A stretch of DNA of 64,000 nucleotides from Dehalococcoidia bacterium. GTDB lineage: Bacteria; Chloroflexota; Dehalococcoidia; Bin125. This document shows, in pieces, positions 48,548 to 58,775 of the stretch. Position numbers and translations under genes: made by a program. Every line of letters begins with the position of its first letter. Position 1 is the stretch's first letter. The DNA lies in NCBI GenBank assembly GCA_965221705.1, contig OZ244908.1, positions 283,064-347,063 on the forward strand, in the 5' to 3' direction. The notes beneath the pieces are model-generated. The model did not search any database. It was not told where the DNA came from and saw only the letters and a program-made list of their open reading frames with translations.

Positions 48548-50530
48548 ATGACCTCCGCCGACGCATCCATGCCGACCACTGAGACGTACTCTCCGCCCGA
48601 TCGCGTCCGCGAGGGCGCGCTAGTGACGTCGCGAGAGGGATACGAAGCGCTCTGGCGACGCTCCCTCGACGAGCCCGAGGCGTTCTGGACCGAAATGGCC
48701 TCTGAGCATCTTGATCTTGTCGAACCGTGGCGCACGCTCAAAGAAGAAGACCTCACTTCAGGCCAGATCGCCTGGTTCCTGGGCGCCAAGCTCAATGTCT
48801 CAGTCAACTGCCTCGACCGGCACCTCGAGTCGCGCGGCGACCAAACCGCCATCCTCTGGGAGGGCGACGAACCGGGCGACAACCAGTCGATCAGCTATCG
48901 CGAGCTGCACGCCGAAGTCTGCCGGCTGGCCAACGAGCTGCGCAGCCGCGGCGTCGGCAAGGGCGATCGCGTCGCCATCTACATGGGCATGACGCCCGAG
49001 GTCGTGGCGGCGATGCTCGCTTGCGCGCGTATCGGCGCGATTCACTCCGTGATCTTCGGCGGATTCTCCGCCTCGGCGATCGCCGATCGCGTCACGGACT
49101 CGCTCTGCAAGGCGATCATCACCCAAGACGAAGGCAAGCGCGGCGGCCGCACCGTGCCGCTGAAAGCCAACGTCGACGCCGCGCTCGACCAGCTCGACGC
49201 CAACGGCGTCGATTGCGTCGAGTTTGTGCTCGTCCATCAGCACACGTCCGGCGACGTCACCATGCGCGACGGCCGCGACATCTGGTGGCACGAAACGGTC
49301 GCCCGACAGTCGGACGAGTGCGAACCGGAAGTGATGGACGCGGAAGATCCGCTGTTCATCCTCTACACCTCAGGTTCAACCGGCAAACCCAAGGGAGTCC
49401 TCCATACGCAGGCGGGATATCTACTCTTCACAATGCTCAGCCATCGCTACACCTTCGACTACCGCGATGGAGACATCTACTGCTGCGCTGCCGATGTTGG
49501 TTGGATCACCGGACACAGCTACATCGTCTATGGACCGCTCGGCAACGGCGCCACGAGCGTCATGTTTGAATCGATTCCGACCTATCCCGACGCCGGCCGC
49601 TACTGGGACATGATCGATCGCCTGGGGATCAACATCCTCTACACCGCGCCGACGGCGATTCGCGCGCTGATGCGCGAAGGCGACGAATGGGTCAAGAATC
49701 ATCAACGCACCAGCCTGCGCGTCCTCGGCACGGTCGGAGAGCCGATCAATCCCGAGGCCTGGCGCTGGTACTTCGATGTCGTCGGCGAGGGCCGCTGCAG
49801 CATCGTCGACACGTATTGGCAAACGGAAACCGGCGGACACGTACTGACTGGTCTCGCTGGCGCCAACGACATGAAGCCCGGCTCCGCCTCGCTACCCTTC
49901 TTCGGCGTCGAGCCGGTCTTGGTCGACCCCGAGGGCAACCAGCTTGAGGGCAATCAGCAAAGCGGCCTGCTCTGCATCGCTCGCAGCTGGCCCGGGATGA
50001 TGCGCACGGTCTACGGCGACCACGAGCGCTTCATCAACACCTACTTCATTCAGTATCCCGGCAAGTACTTCACCGGCGACGGCGCCTATCGCGATCACGA
50101 CGGCTACTACTGGCTCACTGGACGCGTTGATGACGTGCTCAACGTCTCGGGCCATCGACTGGGCACGGCCGAGATCGAAGGCGCGCTCGTCGGACACGCC
50201 GGCTGCGCCGAGGCGGCTGTCGTCGGGTATCCGCACGACATCAAGGGTGAGGGCATATACGCGTACGTACTGCTCAAGGACGGCTTCGACGCAGGACCCG
50301 ACCTCGCCGTCGAGCTCAAGCGTCAGGTGCGTGCCGAGATTAGCCCGATCGCGACGCCCGACAAGATTCAGTTCGTCGGCGGACTGCCCAAGACGCGTAG
50401 CGGCAAGATCATGCGCCGCATCCTGCGCAAGGTCGCCGAAGGCGAACCGGAAAACGTCGGCGACGTCACCACACTCGCCGAACCGCACGTCGTCGAAGAG
50501 ATCATCGAAGGCGCATCCCAGGCCCACTGA
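48548..50530 (+). CDS. acs: Acetyl-CoA synthetase (AMP-forming acetate--CoA ligase)
   Basis: [17 protein letters not shown]-binding motif and the conserved C-terminal Lys ([11 protein letters not shown]). 660 aa. Confidence 0.9.
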   Translation: MTSADASMPTTETYSPPDRVREGALVTSREGYEALWRRSLDEPEAFWTEMASEHLDLVEPWRTLKEEDLTSGQIAWFLGAKLNVSVNCLDRHLESRGDQTAILWEGDEPGDNQSISYRELHAEVCRLANELRSRGVGKGDRVAIYMGMTPEVVAAMLACARIGAIHSVIFGGFSASAIADRVTDSLCKAIITQDEGKRGGRTVPLKANVDAALDQLDANGVDCVEFVLVHQHTSGDVTMRDGRDIWWHETVARQSDECEPEVMDAEDPLFILYTSGSTGKPKGVLHTQAGYLLFTMLSHRYTFDYRDGDIYCCAADVGWITGHSYIVYGPLGNGATSVMFESIPTYPDAGRYWDMIDRLGINILYTAPTAIRALMREGDEWVKNHQRTSLRVLGTVGEPINPEAWRWYFDVVGEGRCSIVDTYWQTETGGHVLTGLAGANDMKPGSASLPFFGVEPVLVDPEGNQLEGNQQSGLLCIARSWPGMMRTVYGDHERFINTYFIQYPGKYFTGDGAYRDHDGYYWLTGRVDDVLNVSGHRLGTAEIEGALVGHAGCAEAAVVGYPHDIKGEGIYAYVLLKDGFDAGPDLAVELKRQVRAEISPIATPDKIQFVGGLPKTRSGKIMRRILRKVAEGEPENVGDVTTLAEPHVVEEIIEGASQAH

Positions 50531-50577
50531 TGCTATTTCGCACGCCAGTCTGACATGGCGAGCGCGAAATCGACTTC

Positions 50578-50620
50578 CAGTCCCCTCTCCCCGTTGGGGA
50601 GAGGGCTAGGGTGAGGGCCC
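50578..50620. repeat. Family 1 repeat, short copy (cccctctccccgttggggagagggctagggtgaggg)
   Basis: The hairpin cccctctcccc/ggggagaggg plus a partial second arm, immediately after the acs stop. Confidence 0.7.
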
Positions 50621-50627
50621 ATAACTA

Positions 50628-50975
50628 GTGTCCGCCGGCGACGAGCAGCGTGTCAGCGAAGAGACCTTCAACTCAAGGCTGGCGCAGATTGACGCGAGCA
50701 TCGCTCAGCTGGCGCGAGAGTTCGCTGAGCGAGACGCAGAGCGTGCGCGTGAGTTCGCCGCCTTCATAGCGCAGTCGCAAGAGCTTGAGCGTCAACGTGA
50801 TGAACGCGAACGTCAACGCGACGACAGGGAACGCGAGCGCGACGCGAAGTGGGAAGCGCGACTGAAGTTCTTCGAAGAACGAGAAGTTCGCTTCCGACGA
50901 GTGGTCTACACCGGGCTCGGCATCGGCTTCAGCGGATTGGGCCTCTTGGTCGCCATCCTGGCGCTCGTCGCCTGA
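50628..50975 (+). CDS. Small coiled-coil protein with a C-terminal TM anchor
   Basis: The ERERQRDDRERERD charged helix, then a hydrophobic tail LGIGFSGLGLLVAILALVA. Confidence 0.4.
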   Translation: MSAGDEQRVSEETFNSRLAQIDASIAQLAREFAERDAERAREFAAFIAQSQELERQRDERERQRDDRERERDAKWEARLKFFEEREVRFRRVVYTGLGIGFSGLGLLVAILALVA

Positions 50976-51025
50976 GCACTGCGCCTGAGGACGGCGCCTG
51001 AGTACGGCGCGCTTGCATACTGTTG

Positions 51026-51244
51026 CTACAACAGCCGCGGGGAGCGCTTGCGGCCGGGTCGGGGGTCGTAGTTTGACTTGAACATCAGCAGCTGATCGCG
51101 TTCGATCAGGTACTTGCCGCCATAGAGGCGGGCCGGAACGCGGTTCTGCTTGATCAGCCGCCGCATCGACTGCGGATGGATGTTGAGCTCGCGCGCGGCC
51201 TCGACGATGTCGAGCCAGTCCTCGAATGGATCGCCTTCGGCCAT
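51026..51244 (-). CDS. Excisionase-family helix-turn-helix DNA-binding protein
   Basis: LDIVEAARELNIHPQSMRRLIKQNRVPARLYGGKYLIERDQL matches the excisionase/MerR-like HTH_17 pattern. 72 aa. Confidence 0.55.
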   Translation of the reverse strand: MAEGDPFEDWLDIVEAARELNIHPQSMRRLIKQNRVPARLYGGKYLIERDQLLMFKSNYDPRPGRKRSPRLL

Positions 51245-51438
51245 GCACCATCTCCTCAGGGTTCGATAACTGCGAAACTGAGTATACCAAAGGACCACAA
51301 GTTGAGTCGGTCGCCGATCGCGCCGGTCGCCGATCGCGCATTGTTGAGTTGCGCTGATGTTGTCGCGACCGCGTGTATTCTGCCCTCAGCGACACGCCAA
51401 TCACCGGCCAATCAGTGGCCGTTCACTGGGAGACGTCC

Positions 51439-52143
51439 ATGACCGCCGATGTCATCGCCGCCGCGCGGGCCGAGCAGCGCACCTTGCTCTCGGAAGTAGA
51501 AGCCAAGCGACTGCTCGCCGACTCCGGCGTCAACGTCACCGAGACCAGACTCGCCAGCTCGGCCGACGAAGCCGCCGCGCATGCCGCGGAACTGGGTTAC
51601 CCCGTTGCGCTCAAGGTGGTCTCCGACGCGATCACGCACAAGACGGACGTCGGCGGCGTCGAGCTGGGCATCGCCGACGAGGTCGAACTGCGCGGCGCCT
51701 GGGACAGCATTCACAACCGCGTTAGGTCCGCCGCGCCCGACGCTGAACTGCAGGGACTCTCGGTTCAGCCGATGGCCGAGCCCGGCGCGGAAGTGATTCT
51801 CGGCATCACGCAGGATCAGCAGTTCGGTCCCGTGCTCATGTTCGGACTGGGCGGCGTGTTCGTCGAGGTGCTCAAGGACGTCGCCTTCCGCATCGTCCCG
51901 CTTGAGCCGCGCGACGCCGCTGAGATGGTGCGCGAGATTCAGGGGTTCCCCGTGCTCGAAGGCTTCCGCGGTCAGCCGGCCGCGAATCTCGAGGCGATCG
52001 AATCGATGCTGCTGCAGCTGTCCGAGTTCGCCGAGGCGAACCCGGATATCGCCGAGCTCGATCTCAACCCCGTCTTCGCGCGGCCCGACGGCGCTGTCGC
52101 GGTCGACGCGCGAATCCTGCTGACCGCCGAATCAGCCGACTGA
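51439..52143 (+). CDS. ADP-forming acyl-CoA synthetase, beta-like subunit (ATP-grasp domain)
   Basis: EAKRLLADSGVNV…GYPVALKV…HKTDVGGV ATP-grasp pattern of NDP-forming acetyl-CoA synthetases. Confidence 0.7.
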   Translation: MTADVIAAARAEQRTLLSEVEAKRLLADSGVNVTETRLASSADEAAAHAAELGYPVALKVVSDAITHKTDVGGVELGIADEVELRGAWDSIHNRVRSAAPDAELQGLSVQPMAEPGAEVILGITQDQQFGPVLMFGLGGVFVEVLKDVAFRIVPLEPRDAAEMVREIQGFPVLEGFRGQPAANLEAIESMLLQLSEFAEANPDIAELDLNPVFARPDGAVAVDARILLTAESAD

Positions 52144-52164
52144 ATCCGACTGGGAGGCATACCA

Positions 52165-53577
52165 ATGGCCGTCACTCGAGATCGCCTGACGCGAGCGCTC
52201 GCGCCCAAAGTCGTCGCCGTGATCGGCGACAAACAGGCCAGCGGCTACAGCTGGTTGCACTCGATGAAGGAGTTCGACGGCCCGCTTTACAGCGTGCAGG
52301 TCGACGAGAACGAAATCCCCGGCATCGAAATGTTGGGCATCCCCAACTACAAGTCGTTGACCGACATCCCTGAGCAAGTCGACTTCGCCGTCTGCGCCGT
52401 GCCGCGACAGGTGGCGCCGTTCATCGTGCAGTCCTGCGTCGAAGCCGAGGTCGGCGGCGTAACGTTGTTCACCTCCGGATTCGCCGAGACCGGCGAGGAC
52501 ATCGGCGTCGAGCTGCAGCAGAAGATCTTCGACATCGCCGACCCTGCCGGACTGGCGCTGATTGGTCCCAACTGCATGGGCCTGCACGTGCCCGGCCTCG
52601 GCGTGCGGTTCAATCGCGACCAGCCCGCGGGCGTGCAGGGCAACATCGGCTTCGTCTCGCAGAGCGGCACCCATGGGATGAACTTCTCTCTGACTGGCGC
52701 GGCGCACGGACTCTATTGCTCGACGCTGGTCAGCTTCGGCAACGGCATCATCCTCGAAGCGGCGGACTACCTCGAGTACCTGGCCGACGATCCGCAGACC
52801 GAAGTGATCGGCATGTACATCGAGGGCGCGCGCGATGGACGTCGACTGTTCCGCACACTGCGCGAAGTCGCCGCCAAGAAACCGGTTGTGATCTGGAAGG
52901 GCGGCCAGACCGAGGGCGGAGGTCGCGCGATTCGCTCGCACACGGCTTCGCTGGCCAGCGACCAGGCGGTGTGGGAAGCGATGATTCGCCAGGTGGGCGC
53001 CGTCGCCGTGCACAACCTCGACGAGATGATCGACGTCGTCAAGGCGACGCTGCTAACCAAGCGCACGCAGGGCAACCGATTGGGGCTGATCGCAATGACT
53101 GGCGGACAATCGGTCGTTCTGACCGACGCCTTCGAGAAGGCCGGTTGGCGCGTCCCGACGCTGAGCGAGCAGAGCTACGAGCAGCTGAGCGAGTTCTTCA
53201 ACATCATCGGCGGCAGCTATCGCAACCCGCTCGACGCGGCCGGCACGATCGGTCAGGATCCCAAGCACCTCGATACGATCTTCGACATTCTCAATGCGGA
53301 CGATCAGATCGACGCGGTCGGCATGGAGCTCTCGGCGACGTTCATGGCGCGCCGTTGGCAGGACAAGCCGGAAGAGTTCGACCGCCTGATCGGCAGTCTG
53401 AAGCGGTTCATGAGCGAGTCGGACAAGCCGTTCCTGACGGCGCTGCATCCGAGTCACCAGGAGGAGGCGGCGCTCAAGGCGCGATTGAGGCTGCAGGAGG
53501 AGGGCATTCCAACCTTCCCCAGCTTCGAGCGAGCCGCCAACGCGCTACGCAAGGCCTCAACGCTGCGGGCTGTGTAG
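52165..53577 (+). CDS. ADP-forming acyl-CoA synthetase, alpha-like subunit (CoA-binding plus succinyl-CoA synthetase-like flavodoxin domains)
   Basis: VAVIG…, GPNCMG, QSG CoA-ligase motifs of the ACD alpha subunit. 470 aa. Confidence 0.7.
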   Translation: MAVTRDRLTRALAPKVVAVIGDKQASGYSWLHSMKEFDGPLYSVQVDENEIPGIEMLGIPNYKSLTDIPEQVDFAVCAVPRQVAPFIVQSCVEAEVGGVTLFTSGFAETGEDIGVELQQKIFDIADPAGLALIGPNCMGLHVPGLGVRFNRDQPAGVQGNIGFVSQSGTHGMNFSLTGAAHGLYCSTLVSFGNGIILEAADYLEYLADDPQTEVIGMYIEGARDGRRLFRTLREVAAKKPVVIWKGGQTEGGGRAIRSHTASLASDQAVWEAMIRQVGAVAVHNLDEMIDVVKATLLTKRTQGNRLGLIAMTGGQSVVLTDAFEKAGWRVPTLSEQSYEQLSEFFNIIGGSYRNPLDAAGTIGQDPKHLDTIFDILNADDQIDAVGMELSATFMARRWQDKPEEFDRLIGSLKRFMSESDKPFLTALHPSHQEEAALKARLRLQEEGIPTFPSFERAANALRKASTLRAV

Positions 53578-53586
53578 CTGGCAGGA

Positions 53587-55341
53587 CTACATGCCGCCAT
53601 CTGGCGATCGGTACTCAATCAGGGACGACTGACCCACAATTGCCACGATTCGCACTGTTGCTTCACGGCCGTCGGCATCGATCAGGTGAAGCTCATCGAC
53701 ATTGGGCTCGAAGGTCACCGGTTGCGGCGCGCCGCCGTTGATAGCGATGTTCGATGCATAGAGATACGTTCGATTGTGCGTGTCGCGGATTGGATTCAAT
53801 CGTCCGCTGAGTCCGGGAATGCCGCCAGCGGCTTCAGGAAACACTACTGATCCACCGTCGGTCAACGGACTGAGTTCGATCGCGAGAGCGCGTTCTGTGG
53901 GCAGCCACTCGCGTTCTACATAAGCTGAGTGATGTGGGGCGGCGGCGAACACGGTCAGAGGCAGGTTGACGGCGTGCAAGTCGAGACGCGCCTCGCCATG
54001 AGCGTCGGTCGCTGCGGACTTCCACGTACTATTCGGGAATAAGACAAGTACCGTCGCTGCCTCACATGGTTCTCCTTCGCACCGAACAGTAACGACGACG
54101 CTCGCCGGGCCAGACGCTGGCTCGGCCGAGGGAATTGTGAGACAAAGCTCCGCGTTGTCGATCAGCCGATACTCAGGCTGCTGCCCAGTCAACGCCTGAG
54201 TCTCGCTGTTGATGATCGGAACGCCATCGCCGCGCCGTTCCATAAAGTAGCGGCGGCCGGCCGCCGCCTCCAGCCCATTGGCATCCATGCGGCCGAACAT
54301 TGATGTCAGGATCTCGTTACGTGTGGACTGGCGCTCGATCATGCTCTCAATCGTGAGACTGTTCGGCAGTGAACCGGGGGAACAGATCTCGAGTCGATCC
54401 GAGAACATACGTAATCGAATGCGAGATCCGCGAATCGAATAGTCTCGATGCGCGACTGCGTTGACAATGGCTTCAAAGATTGCGCGCTGACTGTACTCAG
54501 GCAAGTCTTCACGCGCAGGAGTCTTGATTGCGCTGACACGCATATTGCGCGACGCGAACGTGACTGCGTCACGTATCTGCGCGTCGAGCGGGCCTGTGAT
54601 CTCCTGAGCGTCGATTTGGCCCGATGATGGGTCGTCGCCTCGAAAGCGGACGGCGCTGATCGCGGCTTGGGGCAGCAACTGGTCTGGACGTTCAGTGCAG
54701 AGCAGGACGCCCGCCACAGTCGCCTGGGTGCGACCGCGTTCATCGGTTCGGAGGAGGCCAAGCTTCTCAAGCGCAATCTCTGGCTCCGCAATGCTCTCGG
54801 CGCTCAGTAGTGGTCTCCACAAGCGTGCGTCGAGCGTTGAGAGTCCAGTGTTCGCGACTGGCTGTTGATCGAAGCTCTGAAATCGCGCTTGACCGCGGCG
54901 CTGAGCAATGCGCATGCGATCATCAGATGAGAGCGGTCGCTTGGAGCTTCCAACTCGGATATAGCTCTGACCGCGATGCTCATGCAATGCGTGGCCTTCA
55001 GGTACGTCCACAAGTATGAACGCCCTGCCGTCGACGAGTCGTCGTTCGATCTCGACGTGAATCTCTGGCGTCACAGAGTCGCGACAGATCTCGCCAACTG
55101 CTCGCTCGACCGCGTCGAGCTGACCGCGCGACATACCGGGAATGCCACCGTCATCGGAGACCCCCAACAGCAAGACGCCGCCTCGAGCGTTGGCGAACGC
55201 CACGATCTCGTCCGCCCAGGCCCGACGCTGCGGACTCGTGGGCTGATCGTCGTGGAACTCAACAGCCTTGAACTCCCAGTCGTTGTCTTCGCCGAGTTGC
55301 AGGCGACTGAGAAGCTCTTCGTCGGGATGGCGCGAAGTCAT
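53587..55341 (-). CDS. AlbA_2 (Schlafen-like) plus HATPase_c_4 'putative DNA-binding/ATPase' protein, with a roughly 180-aa C-terminal extension
   Basis: The N-terminal region carries EDNDWEFK…IVAFANARGGVLLLGV (AlbA_2). The central region carries IFEAIVNAVAHRDYS…GSLP (HATPase_c_4-like). The C-terminal beta-rich region is unknown. Confidence 0.55.
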   Translation of the reverse strand: MTSRHPDEELLSRLQLGEDNDWEFKAVEFHDDQPTSPQRRAWADEIVAFANARGGVLLLGVSDDGGIPGMSRGQLDAVERAVGEICRDSVTPEIHVEIERRLVDGRAFILVDVPEGHALHEHRGQSYIRVGSSKRPLSSDDRMRIAQRRGQARFQSFDQQPVANTGLSTLDARLWRPLLSAESIAEPEIALEKLGLLRTDERGRTQATVAGVLLCTERPDQLLPQAAISAVRFRGDDPSSGQIDAQEITGPLDAQIRDAVTFASRNMRVSAIKTPAREDLPEYSQRAIFEAIVNAVAHRDYSIRGSRIRLRMFSDRLEICSPGSLPNSLTIESMIERQSTRNEILTSMFGRMDANGLEAAAGRRYFMERRGDGVPIINSETQALTGQQPEYRLIDNAELCLTIPSAEPASGPASVVVTVRCEGEPCEAATVLVLFPNSTWKSAATDAHGEARLDLHAVNLPLTVFAAAPHHSAYVEREWLPTERALAIELSPLTDGGSVVFPEAAGGIPGLSGRLNPIRDTHNRTYLYASNIAINGGAPQPVTFEPNVDELHLIDADGREATVRIVAIVGQSSLIEYRSPDGGM

Positions 55342-55409
55342 TTGCCAGAATTCTAACCCCGACGGTCGGCGTCGTCGGCGCGTTCGTCTCAGCTACCCTA
55401 ATCGTCACC

Positions 55410-56996
55410 ATGCCGACGCCCATCGACTCAGGACAGCTCCAGACACTGCTCAGCTCCGATGCGCCGTTTGCGCTGATCGATGTCCGCGATCCGCCTGAGT
55501 ACAACGCCTCGCACATCCCGGGCGCAGCCCTGATGCCTCGGCGGTTGCTCGAGTTCGAGCTGCCGCTCGCCGTTCCGCATGCAAGTACGACGATCGTGCT
55601 CTGCGATGAGGACGAGCGCCGCGTGCACTTCGCCGCCGCGACGGTCGAGCGCATGGGCTACATCGATGTCTCGACACTGAGCGGCGGCGTCAACCGTTGG
55701 GCCTATCTCGATTTGCCCACCGAGTGGGGCGTCAATGTGCCGTCCAAGGACTTCGGCGAACGCGTCGAGGTCGTGCACCACGTGCCCGAGATTGAAGCCG
55801 ACGACCTGCATGGACGGATCGAACGCGGCGAGCCGTTGGTCATCCTCGACACGCGCACGCCAGAGGAGTACCGCCGCTCATGCATCCCCGGCGGACGCAG
55901 CGTCCCCGGCGGCGAGCTGGCCTATCGGATCAGCGACATTCTCGACGACGCGCCCGGTGACGCCACCGTCGTGATCAACTGCGCCGGCCGAACGCGCAGC
56001 ATCATCGGCGCGCGGGTCTTGCAGCGCATGGCGCTCGGCCGTGACGTCGTCGGACTGAAGAACGGGACCGCCGGTTGGATGCTGGCCGGGCACGAGCTCG
56101 AGTTCGGCGCCGATCGCGACGCCTTGCCCTCCGTGTCGCCCGAGGGGCGCGACGCCGCCGAACAGTACGCGCGACGCTGCGCTGCTGAAGACGGCGTCCG
56201 ACTGATCGGACTGGACGAGCTCGACGAACTAGTCGAGCGCAGCCGCGGCGAAAGCGTCAGCTTCATCGACGTCCGGACGGAGTCCGAGTACGAAGCGGGA
56301 CACATCGCCGGCTTCCGCTGGTTTCCCGGCGGACAGGCCGTGCAGCGCAGCGACGACGTCGCCGTCGTGCACAACGCGCCAATCGTGTTCGTCTGCGACG
56401 GCGTCGCGCGAGCGGCGCTGACCGCATCGTGGTATCGACAGATGGGCCACGAGCAGGTCTACGCGCTTGATGGCGGCGTGGAGCTCTGGCGCAGCGATGA
56501 TCGGCCACTCGAGCGCGGACATCCGCATCTCGATCCGCAGCTGCTCACCGATGCGCGCGCGTCGATCGACGCGATCGAACCAGGGCAAATCTTCGATGCC
56601 GTTGACGCAGTCGTGATCCACGCCGGCACGAGTCAGGAGTTCGCTCAGGCGCATCCGCCCGGCGCTCGCTGGGCGCCGCGCGCCTGGCTCGAGCGCGACA
56701 TTGAATCGCTCGTGCTTGACGCCTCGACCGAGATCGTCGTGGTCTGCGAACAAGGCGACCAATCACTGCTCGCCGCGCAGACGTTGGTCGAACTCGGCCG
56801 TCAGCGCGTTCGCGCCGTCGCGGGCGGCATGCGCAGGTATCGATCCGCCGGTCTACCGATCGAGTACGGCCTCACGGGCGTGCTCGCGCCGCCCAACGAC
56901 GTGCTCTCGTTCGGCCCTCAACGCAGCTACGCCGAGATGCAGCACTACCTGCGCTGGGAAACTGCCCTCGGCGAAAAGTACGCCGACGCCGACTGA
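55410..56996 (+). CDS. Multi-domain rhodanese protein (four tandem rhodanese-like domains)
   Basis: Four repeated units with D.R…Y..GHIPGA. A catalytic Cys loop is present in at least domain 2 (INCAGRTRS) and domain 3/4 (FVCDGVAR, VVCEQGDQS). Confidence 0.65.
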   Translation: MPTPIDSGQLQTLLSSDAPFALIDVRDPPEYNASHIPGAALMPRRLLEFELPLAVPHASTTIVLCDEDERRVHFAAATVERMGYIDVSTLSGGVNRWAYLDLPTEWGVNVPSKDFGERVEVVHHVPEIEADDLHGRIERGEPLVILDTRTPEEYRRSCIPGGRSVPGGELAYRISDILDDAPGDATVVINCAGRTRSIIGARVLQRMALGRDVVGLKNGTAGWMLAGHELEFGADRDALPSVSPEGRDAAEQYARRCAAEDGVRLIGLDELDELVERSRGESVSFIDVRTESEYEAGHIAGFRWFPGGQAVQRSDDVAVVHNAPIVFVCDGVARAALTASWYRQMGHEQVYALDGGVELWRSDDRPLERGHPHLDPQLLTDARASIDAIEPGQIFDAVDAVVIHAGTSQEFAQAHPPGARWAPRAWLERDIESLVLDASTEIVVVCEQGDQSLLAAQTLVELGRQRVRAVAGGMRRYRSAGLPIEYGLTGVLAPPNDVLSFGPQRSYAEMQHYLRWETALGEKYADAD

Positions 56997-57051
56997 CTCT
57001 GCGCTGCGCGCTCAATGGCGAGTGCGTAGACCTCGTGCGACACTAAACGCC

Positions 57052-57744
57052 ATGCCTCGATTGCCGAGACTGACACGTCGCGGGTTTCGACCGCTCAGCG
57101 GAGCGCGCCTCGTTGTGGGACTGGGCAATCCTGGTCCCGACTACGCGCAGCACCGACACAACGCGGGCGTCCGCGCGGTGGAGCGCGTGCGTAGGCAGCT
57201 CGGCTTGCCGCAGATGGAGCGAACGCCGCGATTCCGAGTCGCCCAGGGCGAGACCCCGTTCGGTCCCGTCGCCGCGGTAGCGCCGCGCACATTCATGAAC
57301 GAGTCAGGCAAAGCGGTACAGTCGTTGCTCGACATCTACCGCGCCGACCCGAGCGATCTGATCCTGCTCGTCGACGAGCTCGATCTTGAACCGGGTCGCA
57401 TTCGCATTCGGCCGTCAGGCTCCGATGCAGGGCAACGAGGGATGCGCTCGATTCGCTCGGTGATCAGCGAACTCGACTTCCCCCGCGTGCGGATCGGCGT
57501 GGGACGGCCAATGGTCGATGGCAAGCCGTCGCATCAACCCGACGACGTCGCCGACTGGCTGCTGAGCGATCCGTCGTCGAGCGAGCGTCCGCTGCTTCAC
57601 GCCGCCGAGCAGCGCGCCGCCGAGGCCGTCGTCCATTTGCTGGAGCACGGCGTCGAGTCGGCGATGAATCTCTACAACCGCAGCGCGCCATCACCTGAGC
57701 GCGACTCGGAGAGCGAAGCCGTACATGGCAAGCCACAGCAGTGA
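57052..57744 (+). CDS. pth: Peptidyl-tRNA hydrolase
   Basis: LVVGLGNPGPDYAQHRHNAG N-terminal signature. RIGVGRP motif. Confidence 0.85.
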   Translation: MPRLPRLTRRGFRPLSGARLVVGLGNPGPDYAQHRHNAGVRAVERVRRQLGLPQMERTPRFRVAQGETPFGPVAAVAPRTFMNESGKAVQSLLDIYRADPSDLILLVDELDLEPGRIRIRPSGSDAGQRGMRSIRSVISELDFPRVRIGVGRPMVDGKPSHQPDDVADWLLSDPSSSERPLLHAAEQRAAEAVVHLLEHGVESAMNLYNRSAPSPERDSESEAVHGKPQQ

Positions 57745-58735
57745 CCGAAGCGCCGAGGCGACGGAGGCGATCGCCGTATGCCTGGTCGCCAGCGCCTTGT
57801 ACCCAACAGCGCTCGAGCTGGTCTCGCGCATCAATCAACGCGAGTTTGATGCGTTCTTCAACCGCGCCCTCCACTTTGGCGGCGCCGTCGGCCGTCGACT
57901 GGGAGCGTTGCTAGAGACGATCGAGTCTGCGGCCGGCTCTGGCTCGAAGGTGCGCATCGTCGAGTTGGAGTTGCAGATCGTTGAGCTCAGGGAAGAGCTG
58001 GCGGCGTCGCAGTTGCAGCGCCGCGCTCTGCAGCAAGAGGCGGACAGCCAGGCCGAAACGCTGGCGAGCGAACGCGATACCCACCGATCCGAACAGCGGT
58101 CGCTCAATAGTGAACTGAGCGCCGCCAAGGACGAACTGTTCAGGGTTCAGGCGAAGAGCAGCAGCCTCGCCGCCGCGCTCGCCGAACCAGAGACGAGATC
58201 GAACGGCGCGCCGGTTGAGTCACATGATCCGGCAGGCCAGTTCACGATCACGGGAGTGATCGAGATGGCGCGCGAGCACTGCGATCGAGTGGTCATTCAC
58301 GACGACGCGCCCAGGGAGATTGACAAACTCGAGTCGGACCAGAAGTCCGGCGACTGGGCACGAGAGCTCTGGAAGGGCCTGCGGGCGCTCAATGCCTACG
58401 CCGAAGAGTCCGGGATCTTCAACGGTGGATTCTGGGAGTGGTGCGAGTACAGCAATAACCCCCTCACCTGGAACGCCGCGCCGCAGAAACTGGCCATGAG
58501 CGAGTCGGACACGGTCAAGAACAACAGCAAGCTGTGGCGGACCAGGCGATTCTCGATCAGCAAGGATGTGGAACCAGATGGCTTCAAGCACATGGAGGCG
58601 CATCTGAAGATCGCCGAAGGCGGCGGACAGCACATTCCTCGCGTGTACTTCCACGATGACGCCAAGGGCCGCACGGGACAGATCCACATCGGCTTCATTG
58701 GTCCGCATCGGTTGACGCCCACATCTCAGACGTGA
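57725..58735 (+). CDS. Uncharacterised protein (N-terminal coiled coil plus C-terminal globular domain) inserted between pth and mfd
   Basis: 336-aa ORF. Coiled coil about 80-150 (VELELQIVELREELAASQLQRRALQQEAD…). The C-terminal part carries PRVYFHDDAKGRTGQIHIGFIGPH. No family assignable. Confidence 0.45.
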   Translation: MASHSSDRSAEATEAIAVCLVASALYPTALELVSRINQREFDAFFNRALHFGGAVGRRLGALLETIESAAGSGSKVRIVELELQIVELREELAASQLQRRALQQEADSQAETLASERDTHRSEQRSLNSELSAAKDELFRVQAKSSSLAAALAEPETRSNGAPVESHDPAGQFTITGVIEMAREHCDRVVIHDDAPREIDKLESDQKSGDWARELWKGLRALNAYAEESGIFNGGFWEWCEYSNNPLTWNAAPQKLAMSESDTVKNNSKLWRTRRFSISKDVEPDGFKHMEAHLKIAEGGGQHIPRVYFHDDAKGRTGQIHIGFIGPHRLTPTSQT

Positions 58736-58775
58736 GCGGGCGTCGGCGTTCACGACTGGGACGCTCGCGTAGGCT

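Noticed and set aside
51300-51345. Direct repeat ggtcgccgatcgcgcc x2 upstream of the ATP-grasp gene, considered as a regulatory site.
   Set aside because: It is a single short duplication in a GC-rich leader. Alone it is insufficient to call.
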